NCBI RefSeq assembly: GCF_006345805.1
Contig: NC_043010.1
Span: 3,596,001 to 3,660,000 of the forward strand
DNA: 64,000 nt
Direction: 5' to 3'
Source of the DNA: Octopus sinensis
Lineage: Eukaryota
The first letter of the stretch is position 1. The number at the start of each line of letters is the position of its first letter. Under the pieces are notes generated by a model that was given only the letters and a program-made list of their open reading frames with translations, was not told the DNA's origin and searched no databases. Position numbers and translations under genes: made by a program. Of the stretch, positions 1 to 11,862 are shown piece after piece.

Positions 1-2370
1 ACAGATAAGTAAGACTGAATGTGAAAAAACAAACTGGAAGGTACATGGAGGAAAATCTGAAGTGGAAACTGCAAAAGAGCACAGAAAAAGTACAAATTCA
101 GCAGCTTAGCTATTAAATTCTGAAGGATGAAGAATGTAGCATTTAAAAAGAAATAGCTATTATATATATTAACTTTAGTGTGGAATCCTGTGACATTATT
201 CTGGCTGTAGCATGACTTACATGCATGGTTGACTTTGTTTAAACAAGATCATAGAAGAAATTAAGACAGTTGAATATAATATTGGATTTATGCTAAGTTA
301 TTCATGGAAAACAAAGAGAGAAAAATACACTAGTATTTACTGAATGTGTAAAATACTAACTAAAATATTGTTAAAAGACTCAACTGATATATGTCCTGAT
401 AGTATGTTGAGAAAATGAATTAGGACGCATGAAATAAATTCTATGGTGTAAAATGAAATGGATGAGAAAAAACAAATTAGCGAACAAGGATGTTATCGTA
501 CATACTAAATAATTGCTGCTAGAAGATCCATATTCTATTTTGGAAAATAAGTGCAGAAAAAGTTCACATGAATCATTGATGTGACTGGATTTAATAAGAA
601 AATCTTTCAAGAAAGTGAAAACAGGAAATTACTAATACTTAACTTTTGAAATCCATGAAAGGAGATGATATATAATGAAGATTGCATCAGTTGTGTTCGT
701 TTAACTAAATTGAGATATGGTTGAATTTGAAAGACGGGTCAGAAAAATGATTTAAGAGATTGTGACCAATGAAGTCTAGGAATATACAGAAAGCTACCAA
801 ATAAATGGATGGGGAAAAAAAATTCGTGCAGGAGTGTGTGGACAAACTGAATAACCCTTACTCTGAATCTTAAAAAAACTTTAAAATAACCTGGCTTGAT
901 GTGGGACTACAGCAATCAATAATATTTTTAAAGGATGGGAGCCAAAGTTGCCTTCATCCATTGTTGTTATAATAATGATGATGATGATGATAATAATGAT
1001 AAGAAGAATCCTTTCCACAAAAGGCACAAAGCCTGAAATTTTGGTGGGAGGGAACTAGTCGATTACATCGACCCCCAGTGTTTCACTACTACTCAATTTA
1101 TCCACCCTAAAAGGATGAAAGGCAAAGTCAACCCTGGCAGCATTTGAACTCAGAATGTGAAGACAATAATATTAATAATAATAATAATGATGATAATAAT
1201 AATAATAATAATTACCAATCCATTTAATTTGACACTGCACTGCTCAACTACACATTTATGTGTTAGTAATTGTCATTGGTGGAGTGGAAGAATCACAAGA
1301 ATATCAGACAAATACTTGCAGTATTTGTTCTAGTTCTTCACATTCTGAATTCAAACCATGTTGAGATTGATTGTGCCCTTCATCTGGAGTCAATAAAATA
1401 AGTATCAGTTAAGTATATATTTGACTGCTCTCTCCTCCAAAATTTGTAGTCTTCTGATTCTTGTGTTCCAAAGCATATGACACAATTCTGAGAAAATTGG
1501 TCTGTTACCAAGTTTTACAAATTTCAACCATAGGTAATTGACACACATCAAGAAGTATTCCCAAACTTTCTGCTTCTCATGAGGATTCTAACACCCCTTA
1601 ATGGGGGCCTGAACTCCCAAATTTTAGTAATTTTTTAATGATCCAAAACTAGGTCAAAGGTACTGAATGGATCTTTATTAAAATTTTGAAATTATATTCT
1701 ATGCATAAGGACAGATGTAATGCAGTATATCTTTGAAAGTGAGGGGAAATAAATGAGACCATAACCCTCACGAAAATTCATATACTTTTGCTGTTGATGA
1801 AATTTTAGCCATAATGAAGCAATATTTCTAAAATTTCAAATTCTTTGAAGTTAGTTACACTCTTTAATGGGGCTTAACACCCACAATTTAGTCGTTTTTT
1901 CCTAAGCCAAGACAAATACAATTGTACTCTTGGAAGCTGTAGGGTCACCCAAGCATAAAAGATGAGCATTATTTGTAATTCAGTGGTACAACAGTGTAAG
2001 ACTTTGCTTTGAGATATACTTAGATTGTGATTTCTGCAATGTGGTGCATAAATTGTCATGTAAAGGAGAGGCATCTTTGCCTCCACTGATTCAGTTGCAA
2101 AATGTTAAGTAAAGTTATTTGGTTGCCCACCTCCTTTGAGTCATTTTATTATCAGAGATAGTCCCCAGATGGTAACATTGATTTCAGGGCCTTCTCAGAG
2201 AAGTGACTGGTTATTCAAAGAGATTTATAGATTGCAAATTTATTCTGTCCAGTTACCTATTGGCATAGTGATCATTGGTAAACTTCAGAGATGAGACTTT
2301 CATTTTCCCTTAGCTCTCATGTCTCACAGTTATTAATGTTTATTTCAGTTGGGTCACATCCTTCCAATTG

Positions 2371-2409
2371 CTATATATCCGTAATGCATCTTACGGTGGT
2401 GCCTGTCAC
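2371..2409 (-). CDS. Tentative short terminal exon of the protocadherin (VTGTTVRCITDI*)
   Basis: Acceptor ttctttatcatacag|GTG is phase-compatible with the 3740 donor, and AATAAA lies at ~2145-2150. The region could instead be decayed repeat. Confidence 0.28.
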   Translation of the reverse strand: MTGTTVRCITDI

Positions 2410-2559
2410 CTGTATGATAAAGAATCATACATTGGGGAGTGGTAACGACTAGGGTAGGGTAGCTGACTGCTGATTGTTATTAATCATCTTTTGGTTTCCT
2501 CTAGCTTTGCTCTCATTTACAAACCCAGTGAAAATGCATATATTTCAGATTTCAAAGAA

Positions 2560-2955
2560 ATTTGAACAATAGATATAAGACCCAAGTTAAAAAGCTTCGA
2601 ACAATTTAACTTCTCTGGTTGACTTTAAGAACCCCCACCCCTATAGGGACCTTAACTCCAACATTTTAGAGCTCCATGAGCTCCATTTTTCAGGAGCAAA
2701 AACCTTTCAATAGGTTCCATAAGATTTGAATTTTGGAATCTGGGCATAACGATGAGTAGCATGGGATAAATGTTTCAGGATTAGAATTTTTGTTAAGGTG
2801 TGTAAAGAAGGAAAGAACCCTCATTAAAATTCTTCATCTGCGATTTTGATGAAATTTGAATCACAGGTATTCCAGTTCATTAGAGAAAATATAAAAGAAA
2901 AGTCTAATTCTTCAATTCCATGTGACACAGGCAACGCCGGGCATCTGTGCTAGTC
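2560..2955 (-). mobile_element. Degraded Helitron-like repeat of another family
   Basis: Minus-strand start actagcacagatgcccggcgttgcc; related modules at ~1590-1900, and a similar 3'-end type at ~41990-42488. Confidence 0.45.
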
Positions 2956-3698
2956 ATAAATAGTTTTGAGATTTTGATGTTATGATTTTATATTTTTAGA
3001 ATGACATTGTAGGTGTGAGAAACCAGATCTAACCAGTCTGAACGAGGAGAATAATCGGACCAAATATGACCAGGGTAAATGCTAAAGGGATAAGCCTTTT
3101 TTATTTTTTTTTTAACAACAATCTAATCAAGAAAGTAGCACACTATTCTGAATGTAGTTTTGTCTGAATGTTCTATACAGAAGAAAAACTGCTACAATAT
3201 CTGAAAGTTGTGCAACATAGGTAGAATAATCAGCTATTTTGCTGGTTCCTTATATAGAGTTTTATTATAATGGTAGCATATCAAAGTGTGTAAAAACAAT
3301 AACCATAGAAAAAAAGAATTTTAAAGATAATTAATTAATTACACAAATATAGTACGGCTGAAGTTCAATTTATTATAGCAAAGCAAAAAAAAATATCTTA
3401 TGTTATGGATAGTAAACTCCTAATAAAACAATTTGAAATGTGTTTGTCCAGCTGAAAGACTGGTTAAATAATGGCATGAATGACAAGACATCTTTAAAAA
3501 TTTACTTTCAATACGTCAAAATGATTGAAGTCCATTTCCCTCCCCCTTTTTTTATTTTTGTCAAAGGAATGGTATTTACATGGAAAAGGAATTAATTGCA
3601 ACTGTCTAATCTGAAAACGAACAGTGATGTTTGTCATAAACACCAAAACTTGGAAAACTAAAATTAAAATCACAAAAGTGAAAACAAATATGTGAAAC

Positions 3699-6143
3699 TT
3701 AATGGATATCTTCAATAGCTATGTAAATTAGATTACTTACTTGATGCAATTCAGGAGTAATACATTGTAGCTGTACTCCTAATGATGACCCTTTCCAACT
3801 CTGTCCAGGTTTGTATATGGAGTGAGGATCTCTTCGAAAAAGAGCTGTTTTAGAATTTCTTATTTGTTTTGGATCTGATAAGATTGCAACAGGAACATCA
3901 TATTTTGGAGAGTCTTGTTCACAAACGTATCCAGATGGCCTTCTCTCACCAACAAAGTCTTGAGTAGCACCATAATGGTTTTCTTTTTGATTTCTTTTAT
4001 GAACAACACAAACAATTACAGAAACTACAATAGCAACAGAAACTATCACTGCTGCTACTACTATAATAATCATCAAATTAATATGTATTCTGTTGTCTGA
4101 TTCTGTATCTTCAGAGATGTACATTTTGGCTGTTGTATTGCTAACAGTTAGTGTCAAAGACAGTGTAGTGGTTGCTGATAAAACTGGTGTACCATTATCT
4201 TTGACAGCTAATTTTAGATTATATGATCCAGCATCATTTTGGTAAACTGTACGAGAGAAAGACAAAACTCCAGTATAATGGTTAACTTTGAATAAATGTT
4301 TGTCATTGCCTCCAAGTATTTCATACCTGAGGAAAGCATTAACATGTTTGTCTCTGTCGGAGGCTCTTAATGTTGTGATGTCACTCTTACTCTGTGGATG
4401 GTGATGGAAATCTAGATTGAAAGGGTTAACACTAGGGAAAGTAAAATAGGGAGTATTATCATTTTTGTCCATAACTTCAACAACAACGTTAGCTGTGTTG
4501 TTAAGAGATGGTGTACCATTATCTTTTACTAACACTTTAAATCTGTAAATGTCATGTTGTTCACGGTCTAAAGACTGAGTAGTTGATATGAATCCTAAAT
4601 GAGAGATTTTAAAGGGAAGAACACTCCCATCTCTGCTTATAAGAAAATAAGATAATTCACCTCCTGATCCAAGATCAGGGTCGGTTGCATTGATGAAGCC
4701 TACTGGAAAATTTCTATTTTCATTTTCATAGGTTAAAAATTCAAAAGTATCTTTAGTAAATGTTGGTTGTACATCATTAACATCTGATACTTGCACTGAA
4801 AATCGTTTCTCAGTTTTTAATGGTGGAGATCCTTTGTCTTCACATGTGATGGTAAAATCTATGTGGTTTTCTACTTCTCTGTCAACTGTTTTCTTAATAA
4901 CAACTTTATACTTTTTACGTGCAAGAGCCTGAAGTTGAAAGTGATCATGATTAATATAACAAGAAACTTCATTATCATCTGTGACCTTTACATAAGCAAT
5001 AAAGTTACCAACTTTTACACCCTCTGAAATGCTTGGCAAATTTTCTGGTGATTTTGCTATAAAATTCATATCTATATCAGGAGGGTTGTTCTCTTGATTA
5101 TTTATATTAACTAAAACCAGAGCAACTGAACCTAAGGAAGGATTACCTCCATCCTTTGCTTTAACAAACAATTTATATACCTTCTTGGAACCTGTTGGAA
5201 ACTTTTGCACCACCCAGATTTCCCCTGTTGATTCATTTAATTTAAAATAGGCTCTGGCACTCTCTGATGTTTTGGGACTGAACTGGTACATTACTTTACC
5301 ATTTTTACCAGAATCTAAGTCAGTTGCTGATAAAGTGACTATAGGTGTTGATCGTTGATAACCATTTTTGATAGAAACATTGTAAATATTTTGGGAGAAG
5401 ACTGGAGAGTTGTCATTTTCATCTCGAACTGATATTTGGAGATTAAGAACACCTTCTCTAGGGGGATGGCCTCCATCTTTTGCAATAACTTGAAGCTGAT
5501 AAGAATCTTGTACTTCTCTGTCAAGTTTCTCTTGTAAAATAATACCAATTTTGGAAGTACCATCCATATTTTTTGAAACTGATAATGTGAAAAGATCATC
5601 ATTATTGTTCTTTAGTAAATATGTTATTTGTGAATTTTGTATACCTACATCTTTGTCTATGGCATTAGGTATAGATTTTTTTGTTCCTTTGCCATCAGTT
5701 TCATAAAATTCAAGTTCAATTTCTTTGTTTCGAAATTCTGGCTTGTTGTCATTTATATCTTCAATAATAATTTTGACTTCCAATATTTTAATAAAATATT
5801 TTTTCTGTTGAACTGCAACATCTACCATTTTGAAACATTCTACATTGTATTTACAAAGAGTTTCTGCATCTAGTCTTTGAGCTGTATATAATTTGCCTGT
5901 TTTAGTGACATTGAACAACTTTGACGTGTTTGTATTCTCTTGGTGAAGCTGACTGAACCAAATATTGCTGTCATCCTTTGGAGATATGATGCCTAATAGT
6001 TTTGTATCTGCTGCAATATCACCAACAAAAGTTCCTGGGTCATTCTCTTCATCTATACGATATACACGATCTGCACAGAGGGATGTTTCCAGAATAAGCA
6101 ACAACAAAGACACTTCAGTTAGCATGTTTTCGCATATGGACAT
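3699..6143 (-). CDS. Protocadherin (coleoid-expanded family), 6 EC repeats + TM; main coding exon 3741-6143
   Basis: 814-aa ORF with a hydrophobic signal peptide, six cadherin repeats (DINDNKPEF, DENDNSPVF, DVNDVQPTF, DKNDNTPYF, LDRE motifs), the EC1 C-X5-C motif (CKYNVEC) typical of protocadherins, and TM segment LMIIIVVAAVIVSVAIVVSVIVCVV. The last 13 codons probably run into an intron. Confidence 0.97.
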   Translation of the reverse strand: MSICENMLTEVSLLLLILETSLCADRVYRIDEENDPGTFVGDIAADTKLLGIISPKDDSNIWFSQLHQENTNTSKLFNVTKTGKLYTAQRLDAETLCKYNVECFKMVDVAVQQKKYFIKILEVKIIIEDINDNKPEFRNKEIELEFYETDGKGTKKSIPNAIDKDVGIQNSQITYLLKNNNDDLFTLSVSKNMDGTSKIGIILQEKLDREVQDSYQLQVIAKDGGHPPREGVLNLQISVRDENDNSPVFSQNIYNVSIKNGYQRSTPIVTLSATDLDSGKNGKVMYQFSPKTSESARAYFKLNESTGEIWVVQKFPTGSKKVYKLFVKAKDGGNPSLGSVALVLVNINNQENNPPDIDMNFIAKSPENLPSISEGVKVGNFIAYVKVTDDNEVSCYINHDHFQLQALARKKYKVVIKKTVDREVENHIDFTITCEDKGSPPLKTEKRFSVQVSDVNDVQPTFTKDTFEFLTYENENRNFPVGFINATDPDLGSGGELSYFLISRDGSVLPFKISHLGFISTTQSLDREQHDIYRFKVLVKDNGTPSLNNTANVVVEVMDKNDNTPYFTFPSVNPFNLDFHHHPQSKSDITTLRASDRDKHVNAFLRYEILGGNDKHLFKVNHYTGVLSFSRTVYQNDAGSYNLKLAVKDNGTPVLSATTTLSLTLTVSNTTAKMYISEDTESDNRIHINLMIIIVVAAVIVSVAIVVSVIVCVVHKRNQKENHYGATQDFVGERRPSGYVCEQDSPKYDVPVAILSDPKQIRNSKTALFRRDPHSIYKPGQSWKGSSLGVQLQCITPELHQVSNLIYIAIEDIH
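3735..3743 (-). other. Splice donor ending the large protocadherin exon (CAA|GTAAGT, phase 0 after codon 801)
   Basis: Minus strand reads CATCAA|GTAAGTAAT, a perfect GTAAGT; 6143-3741+1 = 2403 nt = 801 codons. Confidence 0.8.
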
Positions 6144-6169
6144 CTTTCTTGGAAAGAATCATGAATGCA

Positions 6170-6190
6170 TCTGAAATGGTACAGAAATGA
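6170..6190 (-). other. Splice acceptor 27 nt upstream of the protocadherin ATG (implies an upstream, probably non-coding exon)
   Basis: Minus strand reads tcatttctgtaccatttcag|ATGCATTCATGA: pyrimidine tract plus TTTCAG. Confidence 0.7.
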
Positions 6191-6255
6191 ATATTAACAA
6201 TTATTGAAATATAGACGTATTTATTTTATCAAATCAGTTTATGTTAATCATAAAG

Positions 6256-6428
6256 CTCTTTACTCTTTAATCTTTTACTTGTTTCAGTCATTTGACTGCG
6301 GCCATGCTGGAGCACCACCTTTAGACGAGCAAATCGACCCCAGGACTTATTCTTTGTAAGCCCAGTACTTATTTTATCGGTCTATTTTGCCGAACCGTTG
6401 TCAAGCAATGCTAGTGGGACAAACACAG

Positions 6429-6459
<31 letters not shown>

Positions 6460-6630
6460 CATATATACGACGGGCTTCTTTCAGTTTCCATCTACCAAAT
6501 CCACTCACACGGCTTTGGTCGGCCCGAGGCTATAGTAGAAGACACTTGCCCAACATGCCATGCAGTGGGACTGAACCCGGAACCATGTGGCTGGTAAGCA
6601 AGCTACTTACCACACAGCCACTCCTGCGCC
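6256..6630 (-). mobile_element. tRNA-derived SINE family A (~380-420 bp, resembles octopus OK)
   Basis: Head GGCGCAGGAGTGGCTGTGTGG (A box) and GGTTCAGTCCC (B box), CORE-like segment, internal (TA/TG)n, GTAAAAGA tail; five near-complete copies in the window. The family name is tentative. Confidence 0.9.
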
Positions 6631-6967
6631 TATAATTTCATGTTCCTAAAGCATGTATAATTTCTACCTTTTCATCTTTCTATGTTTTCTAACATTGATT
6701 AATTTATAGAATATGGAGAATATCTATTTAGACAGACTGTGAATTTCTTCAGTGTTCTCTTGATTCCTTTTCTTTTGCTCAGATTTGAAATAAAATGTGA
6801 ACTGTTACTATGACTGTGAATATCAGTTATCAGAAAAGCTAAGACATATAGTAAGGGTTCTCAATTCAGACATAATGTTAGCGATTTGGAGTGAAGAATA
6901 GTTGCCATTTGCCTGGTACTTGATTAGGATTTTGCAGCTGTGGCTGCACCCTATCTTAGGATAATAA

Positions 6968-7205
6968 GGTGGCGAGCTAGCAGAACCGTTAACCGTTAGC
7001 ACACCGGGCGAAATGCGTAGCCGTATTTCGTCTGTCGTTACGATCCGAGTTCAAATTCCGCCGAGGTCGACTTTGCCTTTCATCCTTTCAGGGTCGATAA
7101 ATTAAGTACCAGTTACGCACTGGGATCGATATAATCGACTTAATCCGTTTGTCTGTCCTTGTTTGTCCCCTCTGTGTTTAGCCCCTTGTGGGTAATAAAG
7201 AAACA
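6968..7205 (+). mobile_element. tRNA-derived SINE family B (~235 bp) with 16-bp TSD
   Basis: GGTGGCGAGC head and GAGTTCAAATTCC B box; TSD tatcttaggataataa at 6952-6967 and 7206-7221. Confidence 0.9.
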
Positions 7206-10051
7206 TATCTTAGGATAATAATTTTCAAACATTTTATTCATAGATTTTGTGAACTGATGATGTGTCCAGATCGAAAATAGTCCGTGAGAGGGCAATTAGA
7301 AAAGATCAAGTATGAATGAATCTAAGTGCTGATTCTTTTGAAGCTCACTTAGAATCAGATTTTTGAAGTATATGTATCCTTTTATTGATAATCAATTATG
7401 GTGACTAATAAAGACACACTCATTGTAAAGTGAATCTAATTAACAAGTACATATGTTTAGAAAGCTTTTGATTGTTAATGTTGGTTTTTGAGAATAGTGA
7501 ATTGCAATGGCCACTCAGATCAATCAAGAAATTCCCCAAGACAAATTATTTCATGTTTCACATTACTAATGACAGTATTGTTCTTTGCAGATTAAAGAAA
7601 ATATTTAATATAATTCTCATTTCTTGGCAAGTCATTTGGATTCCTGCTATGTGATTTAAAAAATATTGTGCTTGTAATCATATGAGAAAGAAACTTAAAA
7701 TTTTTTAATAATTTTTTTCTTTAAATGACAGTCACTAAACTCTGTCCTGGTACCTTAGACATTAAAGCTGATGTTCAGAGTGGAAATCTCTGATGCTATC
7801 TAAATTGGGAATGTCTGGTTTATTTTGGAAAATCAAAAGTAAAAATAAAAAAAATTCTGCTTTGTAAGTTCCATTGAATATGAATTTGAGTATTTGCCAA
7901 GAGCACTAAAGTTCTTTGATGGGTAAAAATGATTATCACAACTTTCAGTTTTTTTTGGTTTTTTTCTCAAAACGCTGAATATTTATGAATAATTCAAATT
8001 TGTTGATCTCAGCAAATATTGCCATTACTTCTTTTGTTATAAGCCTAATTCTAATAACAATGCAGTTGGTTTAGAAAAATATTTATCACTTTGGGGTTGG
8101 AAACTGTCTAGAAATTGAATGTAAGAGAACATTATTCTTCTGTGTACTCAGCCTCATTTCCATCAGTGATCTTGAGTAGTGTTTCTGACAATTTTAGCAC
8201 GAGACCTGCACTGCTTTTGGCAGACTGTTGGTTTGTTTAAGCATCAATTACTTAACAAAAAAAAACCCTCAAAAAAACCACTCTACATATAGTTATGTTA
8301 TATTTGTTGTCAGCAATATTAGGAATAGTAGTCATTGTTCCTCTATTAAGAATTAATCAATGTTTTTGGTGGATATAGTTATAGCAAAATAACAGGCAGT
8401 TACAATGGCTGAAAGAGGTTTAAAATAGAAATTTTGAATTTGTTGATCACATGCCAGCATAATGCAGTGAAATAAAATAGGAGCTTTGGGTAAATATAGA
8501 AAACACAATATTCATTAGTGAAATATCAGTTGCCCGGTAAATATACTAAAAACTAATTAAATAATTTCAATTTTGCTTAAGTATATGTTAGGCTTTCACC
8601 AAATCTAGAATGATATTAAAATAAAGAGTTTCTTGAGAAAGATGTGTATGAAGAACAACATATTTATATGTGCATGAGCAAACACGTCTGTCAATATCAG
8701 AAGGGAAAAACAAAAGCAAAAAAAAAAAACAAGCAAAAAAAAAAAGTTGAAATGGTTTTGATAATCATTGATGAATAATTATGAATCCATTTGAATATAT
8801 TTTTGCCATGCCATCCTCATATTTAAGATGCATCTAGAATAGATGAACTTAGATTCATATTGAGCATAGAAATATATTTGCAATGACCAATAAAGCATGA
8901 TGTCCAAACATGGGAAATTCTCGAAGAACATTGACCAGAAGAACTCATTGAAGGGTACAGAAATTTAGTGAAAGGTCACCATTTTATTTAGAAAGATTTA
9001 CAGCCCAAATATTATTATCGCCATTCATAGATATATAAATGATGCTGATTTAATATCATTTACTAAATATAAGCATTCCCTCATTGTCTTTTGTTAACGT
9101 CAGTTATATATGGATGTCTCTTTTGACTCAATAGGTTAAAAATTTTATACAATATTTATGTATGAACTGTTTGTAGTGTTTTCATGATATGAATCCTCTT
9201 GCTTACTTGCTAAAATACTCAGGTGCATAATGAATTTAATTTTTGTAAATAACCCCTTTATGCATTAGAGGCTTATATATTTTCAGCGACATTGAGCATA
9301 GGTTGCTTGACTTGCTAGAAATAGAGGCTAAATCACCTTCAGTTCATACCTATGTTTTATAAAGAAATAAAAGAGCATATTGGATAGAATAGCTAAGGAA
9401 AAACAGACAGGACAGTCAAAATAAAAAGTCTTTGATTGTACAAGTGTGAGGAGCTACAGCTAAGAAAAGTTGTAAATAAAAATTTGCATGACATGGAATG
9501 TGTTATTTAATATTACCATTAATTGCTTATATGCTCATAAATCTGTCTGTCTGTCTATCTCAATCAATCAATTAATCAATCAATCAATCAATCATCCATG
9601 TATGTATGACATTCAGTTTTATTTCAAGATTTCTTACCAATACAGAAAGATCCGGTTTCTAACCTACATTCAAGGCTCCTTCATTGGAAATTCAACATCT
9701 GCATGCATGCAGATTTGTATGTTTTGCTTTACGTATGTATTCTCATGTATAGTAGTTGCATACTCAAAGTTTTGCAGATTTTTACAGTTCCAATAAGTGA
9801 GTGAGCGAGCGAGCATGAATGACTATTTGAGTATTCAGTAAAGGCTGCATAGTAACCAATAAAGTTGTATATTTGAAAGAAAGCCATGTGAAATTCTTGC
9901 CAAATAGTTTTGTGGAGAGAGGAGGCTGTTATGCATGGATGACTGCTAGCCTTCCATAAACAACCTTGCCCAAACTTGTACCTCAGAGGATAACTTTCTA
10001 GGTGCAATCCCATGGTCATGCATGACCAAAGAGGGTCTCCCCCCATATATG

Positions 10052-10099
<48 letters not shown>

Positions 10100-10101
<2 letters not shown>

Positions 10102-10778
10102 TATGTCAGGTTACTTTCGAGTGCTACTGGTAACATGTAACCCAGTACAACCTGTTGCATGGTTGGGCTGTCGGCAACTAAACCGGCAACCCCCACCAAG
10201 CTTGCTTGGTGAGGAGGGTGTTTATTGGACACCCTGCGGGATGAAAAACAAAACCCGTCAAAGGGCGGAGGAACTCTTGAGAGTCAACTGCCATCCAATA
10301 AATGTGTAATTTTTTTTCTTATCTTAAAGCTTGAGGCTGAATCATGCTCGGGGACATAGAAAGAATCGGACTGAATACCCGATCGCGTGGTTAAGCCATT
10401 GGAAGCGAAGGACTCCTAGCCTTTGTTAGGGCATCCTTCTCGGGAAAGGTAACTCAGGTAACTGGGATAACACTGACATAAAACCTGCGGCTCAGTGGTT
10501 ACCAATGATGTTGACTTGTTCTTCGTTTTGGATTATGGCTGCTGTTGCTTAGTGAGTGGGGTTGACTCAGTGCACAACCTTTCCTCACTTTAAAAAAAAT
10601 ATTCCTGCACAGGCATTGCACGGTAACAACATTGTTCATGAATGTTGATGGTGCTGTGAGTCTCAACTGAATGGCTGGCTGTAGCCTTAAAAAGCAAATA
10701 AAAGTCACATTCGATCACAGCACCAATAACAGTTAAGCTTCGTGCAATGGCCATACTCGATAACGATGGGGCAGCCAT
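10100..10778 (+). mobile_element. GC-richer interspersed element between (TA)n tracts, resembling an RTE-type 5' UTR
   Basis: Sharp composition change; agggcatccttctcgggaaaggtaactc...aaaacc resembles RTE leaders; several hairpins. The assignment is inference. Confidence 0.45.
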
Positions 10779-10810
10779 CATATATGTATGTATATATGTA
10801 TGTATATGTA

Positions 10811-10853
<43 letters not shown>

Positions 10854-10896
10854 ATGTAAATAAGTATGTATATATGTATGTATGTATATATGTATG

Positions 10897-10942
<46 letters not shown>

Positions 10943-10985
10943 TGTATGTATATATATATGTATGTATATATGTATGTATATATGT

Positions 10986-11064
<79 letters not shown>

Positions 11065-11176
11065 TACATATACATTTAAAATAATAAGGGTTAAAAATTG
11101 AATACAATTTGATTAATATCAATTTAAAACCAGTGGTCTAGCATATAGAAAAATTTGAAAATTCAAAAAAATTGTA

Positions 11177-11347
11177 TTACATACATATAAGAGGGATGAC
11201 CACTAAGTGGACATCCATTATGCTAGAAGCCGGCCTCCTATGGTCTTACCACTTGAGAACATTCCTTTCGTAATGGTTAGACCATAGGAGTTCGGCTTCT
11301 AGCATATGGATGTCCATATAGTTGTCATCCCTCTTATATGTATGTAA
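11177..11347. repeat. Fold-back inverted repeat (~70-bp arms)
   Basis: ttacatacatataagagggatgac...ctcctatggtct pairs with agaccataggag...gtcatccctcttatatgtatgtaa. Confidence 0.9.
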
Positions 11348-11368
11348 GTATATATATATATATATATA

Positions 11369-11812
11369 CACTAGTAGAAGAAATAGCTAAGATTTTTGGC
11401 TGCTATTTCTGAACTTCGGTGTGTGGTGAAGCAATTCTTTGCTGAACCCTTTTTATTAGTATTACTTAAGTTTACCATGAAACGGTCCTGTTTTCATACT
11501 GAATTCTACTTGGTGAAATTATTGATTACTTATTAATTAATTAATTTTACCCTTTGTTATTATTATTATTATTATATATATATATATAATATATATATAT
11601 ATATATTATATATATATATATACACTAGTAGAAGAAATAGCTAAGATTTTTGGCTGCTATTTCTGAACTTCGGTGTGTGGTGAAGCAATTCTTTGCTGAA
11701 CCCTTTTTATTAGTATTACTTAAGTTTACCATGAAATGGTCCTGTTTTCATACTGAATTCTACTTGGTGAAATTATTGATTACTTATTAATTAATTAATT
11801 TTACCCTTTGTT

Positions 11813-11829
<17 letters not shown>
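11369..11829 (+). repeat. Tandem duplication, period 254 bp
   Basis: cactagtagaagaaatagc... starts at 11369 and 11623; the ~205-bp cores differ by one visible substitution (aacggtcc/aatggtcc). Confidence 0.92.

Positions 11830-11862
<33 letters not shown>

Noticed and set aside
6387-6635. Recurrent ORFs ending ...GTEPGTMWLVSKLLTTQPLLRL (also 34949, 58326, 60153, 63069, 63462)
   Set aside because: Antisense or sense translations of SINE family A, not a gene family.
10590-11122. Long YI/YM/HT-rich ORFs here and at 20.5-21.3, 27.6-28.7, 40.2-40.6, 56.0-56.8 and 57.0-57.5 kb
   Set aside because: They are translations of (TA)n/(CA)n/(TATG)n microsatellites and are open in many frames on both strands.
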